Of a stretch of 64,000 nt of DNA, positions 62,220 to 64,000 are shown in pieces. Both the position numbers and the translations under genes were made by a program. The DNA is from Octopus bimaculoides (Eukaryota). The first letter of the stretch is position 1, and the number at the start of each line of letters is the position of its first letter. The stretch is from the NCBI RefSeq assembly GCF_001194135.2, contig NC_068983.1:94760659-94824658 (forward strand), read 5' to 3'. Under the pieces are notes generated by a model, which saw only the letters and a list, made by a program, of their open reading frames with translations, was not told the origin of the DNA and ran no database searches.

Positions 62220-62752
62220 TTTTGAAGAGAAATTTGATACTTTGCAGAAAGGACAACCACAAACCTGAAGGCATCGTCGAAAATAGAAATGCAAAGATCC
62301 TATGGGATTTTATGATTCAGTGGGACCATGAGATAGAGAATAGGAAGCCAGACATAGTCTTAATTGAGAAAGAAGACAAACTATGCTGGATCATAGATAT
62401 AGCATGCCCAGCTGACAACAAGGTATGCGATAAGGAAGAAAGAAAAGTTGAGAGATATGACAGGTTAGCTTGGGAAGTTAAGCAGTTGTGGTTGATGAGA
62501 AAGGTAGCAGTAGTACCAATAATTGTCGGAGCCCTGGGAACAGTGAGCAAAAATCTTGAGAAGTATATGGAACAAATAAGGGTGGAGTGCTTGCAGAAAA
62601 CAGCACTGCTTGGAACTGTTCAAATACTCCAGAAGGTGCTTGAAAAATAAAGGGTGTTACCTTAGTTCACTGGTAGTGAACAGCTGACACCGTAGTACAT
62701 CTCCAGCGTTAGCAGTTGTGCAAAGGCAATGATAATAATAATAATAATAATA
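62220..62752 (+). mobile_element. R4/Dong-clade non-LTR retrotransposon 3' end (restriction-like endonuclease)
   Basis: ILWDF.IQ.DHEIENRKPDIVLI..IIDIACP.D..KE..K..Y..L..GALG..LQKTALLGT; the 3'UTR ends in (TAA)n. Confidence 0.88.
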
Positions 62753-63409
62753 TAAAATAACCTTTAATATTCTGCTTGCAGTTCAGTGTTATGCATTTAA
62801 CAGCCTTAATTAACTATGGAATGAAATTGAAAACAATCAAAATATTAAACATATAACAATGTTATATGAAGATCAATAAATTTATGCATGAAAACAGAAA
62901 TAAGAACATTTATAAAATGAGGAATTTCTATGAATCCCACTAATAATAATAATACATTTTGTCTTGGTGTAAAAGATGGGCTACAACAAATATTCTGCAC
63001 AATACCATAGATTTGCTTGTCAATTGCTTGACTTTAACCAGTTGAACCTGTCCCTTGGTGGTTGATATATGTATCTCTGACCACAAACAGGAGTAGTGGG
63101 AGAGCATCATAGTTATGTGTTGAGAGGAATTCTTTGGGGTTTGAGTAATTCACCTCTGGAAACATGGGTGTTTCATTCATCATCCTTAAGCAATTCTTAT
63201 TCAGGGACCTTTTGAGCAGGATGGGCTACTTGACCTGAAGAAAATTCTAACTGGACCCCACCTGCAAGGTGTTGTGCAGTTTATCTTGATATGGGATCAT
63301 CATGTTGTGCACATATGGTTGTGATGCTTGCGCCTTATGATGGGTGTATTGGGCTTCATATATTTGTACCCCAGTGTCACTTTGATGGCAAGCACTGTTC
63401 TCTCACTCA

Positions 63410-63453
<44 letters not shown>

Positions 63454-64000
63454 TAGTAGTAGTAGTAGTAGTAGTAGTAGTATGCATGCATTCATAATAT
63501 TTAATATCTATTTGGGACTCCAGAATGATGACCCCATTTTGTTGCTCATAAGATAGTTCTGAATGCAATATGTTCCTACTTACCCGTTAGTGTGTCAGGC
63601 TAAGGGAAAAAACTCAAATTGAGTAAGAGTTGGTAATTATGGTAGTGGTGTGACAGCAGTGATGTTTGGTGTTGATAATAGTGACTGGATAATTAGGGTG
63701 AGGGGGACAGAGAGAGAGAAAGTTGTAGTAAGATAGATAAATAGATGGATAGAGTAGAGAGAGATAACAAAAAAGAAATAGACAGAATGTAAGTGAGAGA
63801 GAGAACAAAAGAATAAGGCAGAAATAATGAGAGCATTTGTGATGTCACTGTGTCTTTAGTTATCTCTTCTCTCATTTCTCCCTCTATCCACCCCACCTCT
63901 GCATTTGATTAAAGTATTTTTAAAGTGTATCCTGATATATAAAACAATGGCATGATTAGCTAACTGGCAGTATTAGTTTGTTACAAGAATGGAATACAGT

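Overview
AT-rich, repeat-dense animal genomic DNA with nine N gaps. The SINE, RTE and piggyBac-MITE repeat types suggest an octopod cephalopod (inference). Two spliced + strand genes were rebuilt by hand because the ORF track misses them. PRKRIP1 is complete (6 coding exons, 4101-17811, 166 aa). PLEKHM1 is 5'-partial (9 core coding exons, 30508-54101, N-terminal RUN domain) and continues past the window. PLEKHM1 also has three frame-preserving cassette candidates, including a 27-nt microexon with the hallmarks of an SRRM3/4 (eMIC) neural microexon. A possible third gene lies head-to-head with PRKRIP1 on the - strand (254-2593) and may use a U12-type first intron. Mobile DNA includes three distinct Penelope-like elements (one forming the likely PRKRIP1 3'UTR), piggyBacs, a maT, hAT MITEs, two Helitrons, a Merlin remnant, and RTE, CR1/L2 and R4/Dong LINE fragments. 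The most unusual element is a short tRNA-headed repeat carrying a minimal type I hammerhead ribozyme with Penelope-style inverted ends. All calls were made by eye; no database search was run.
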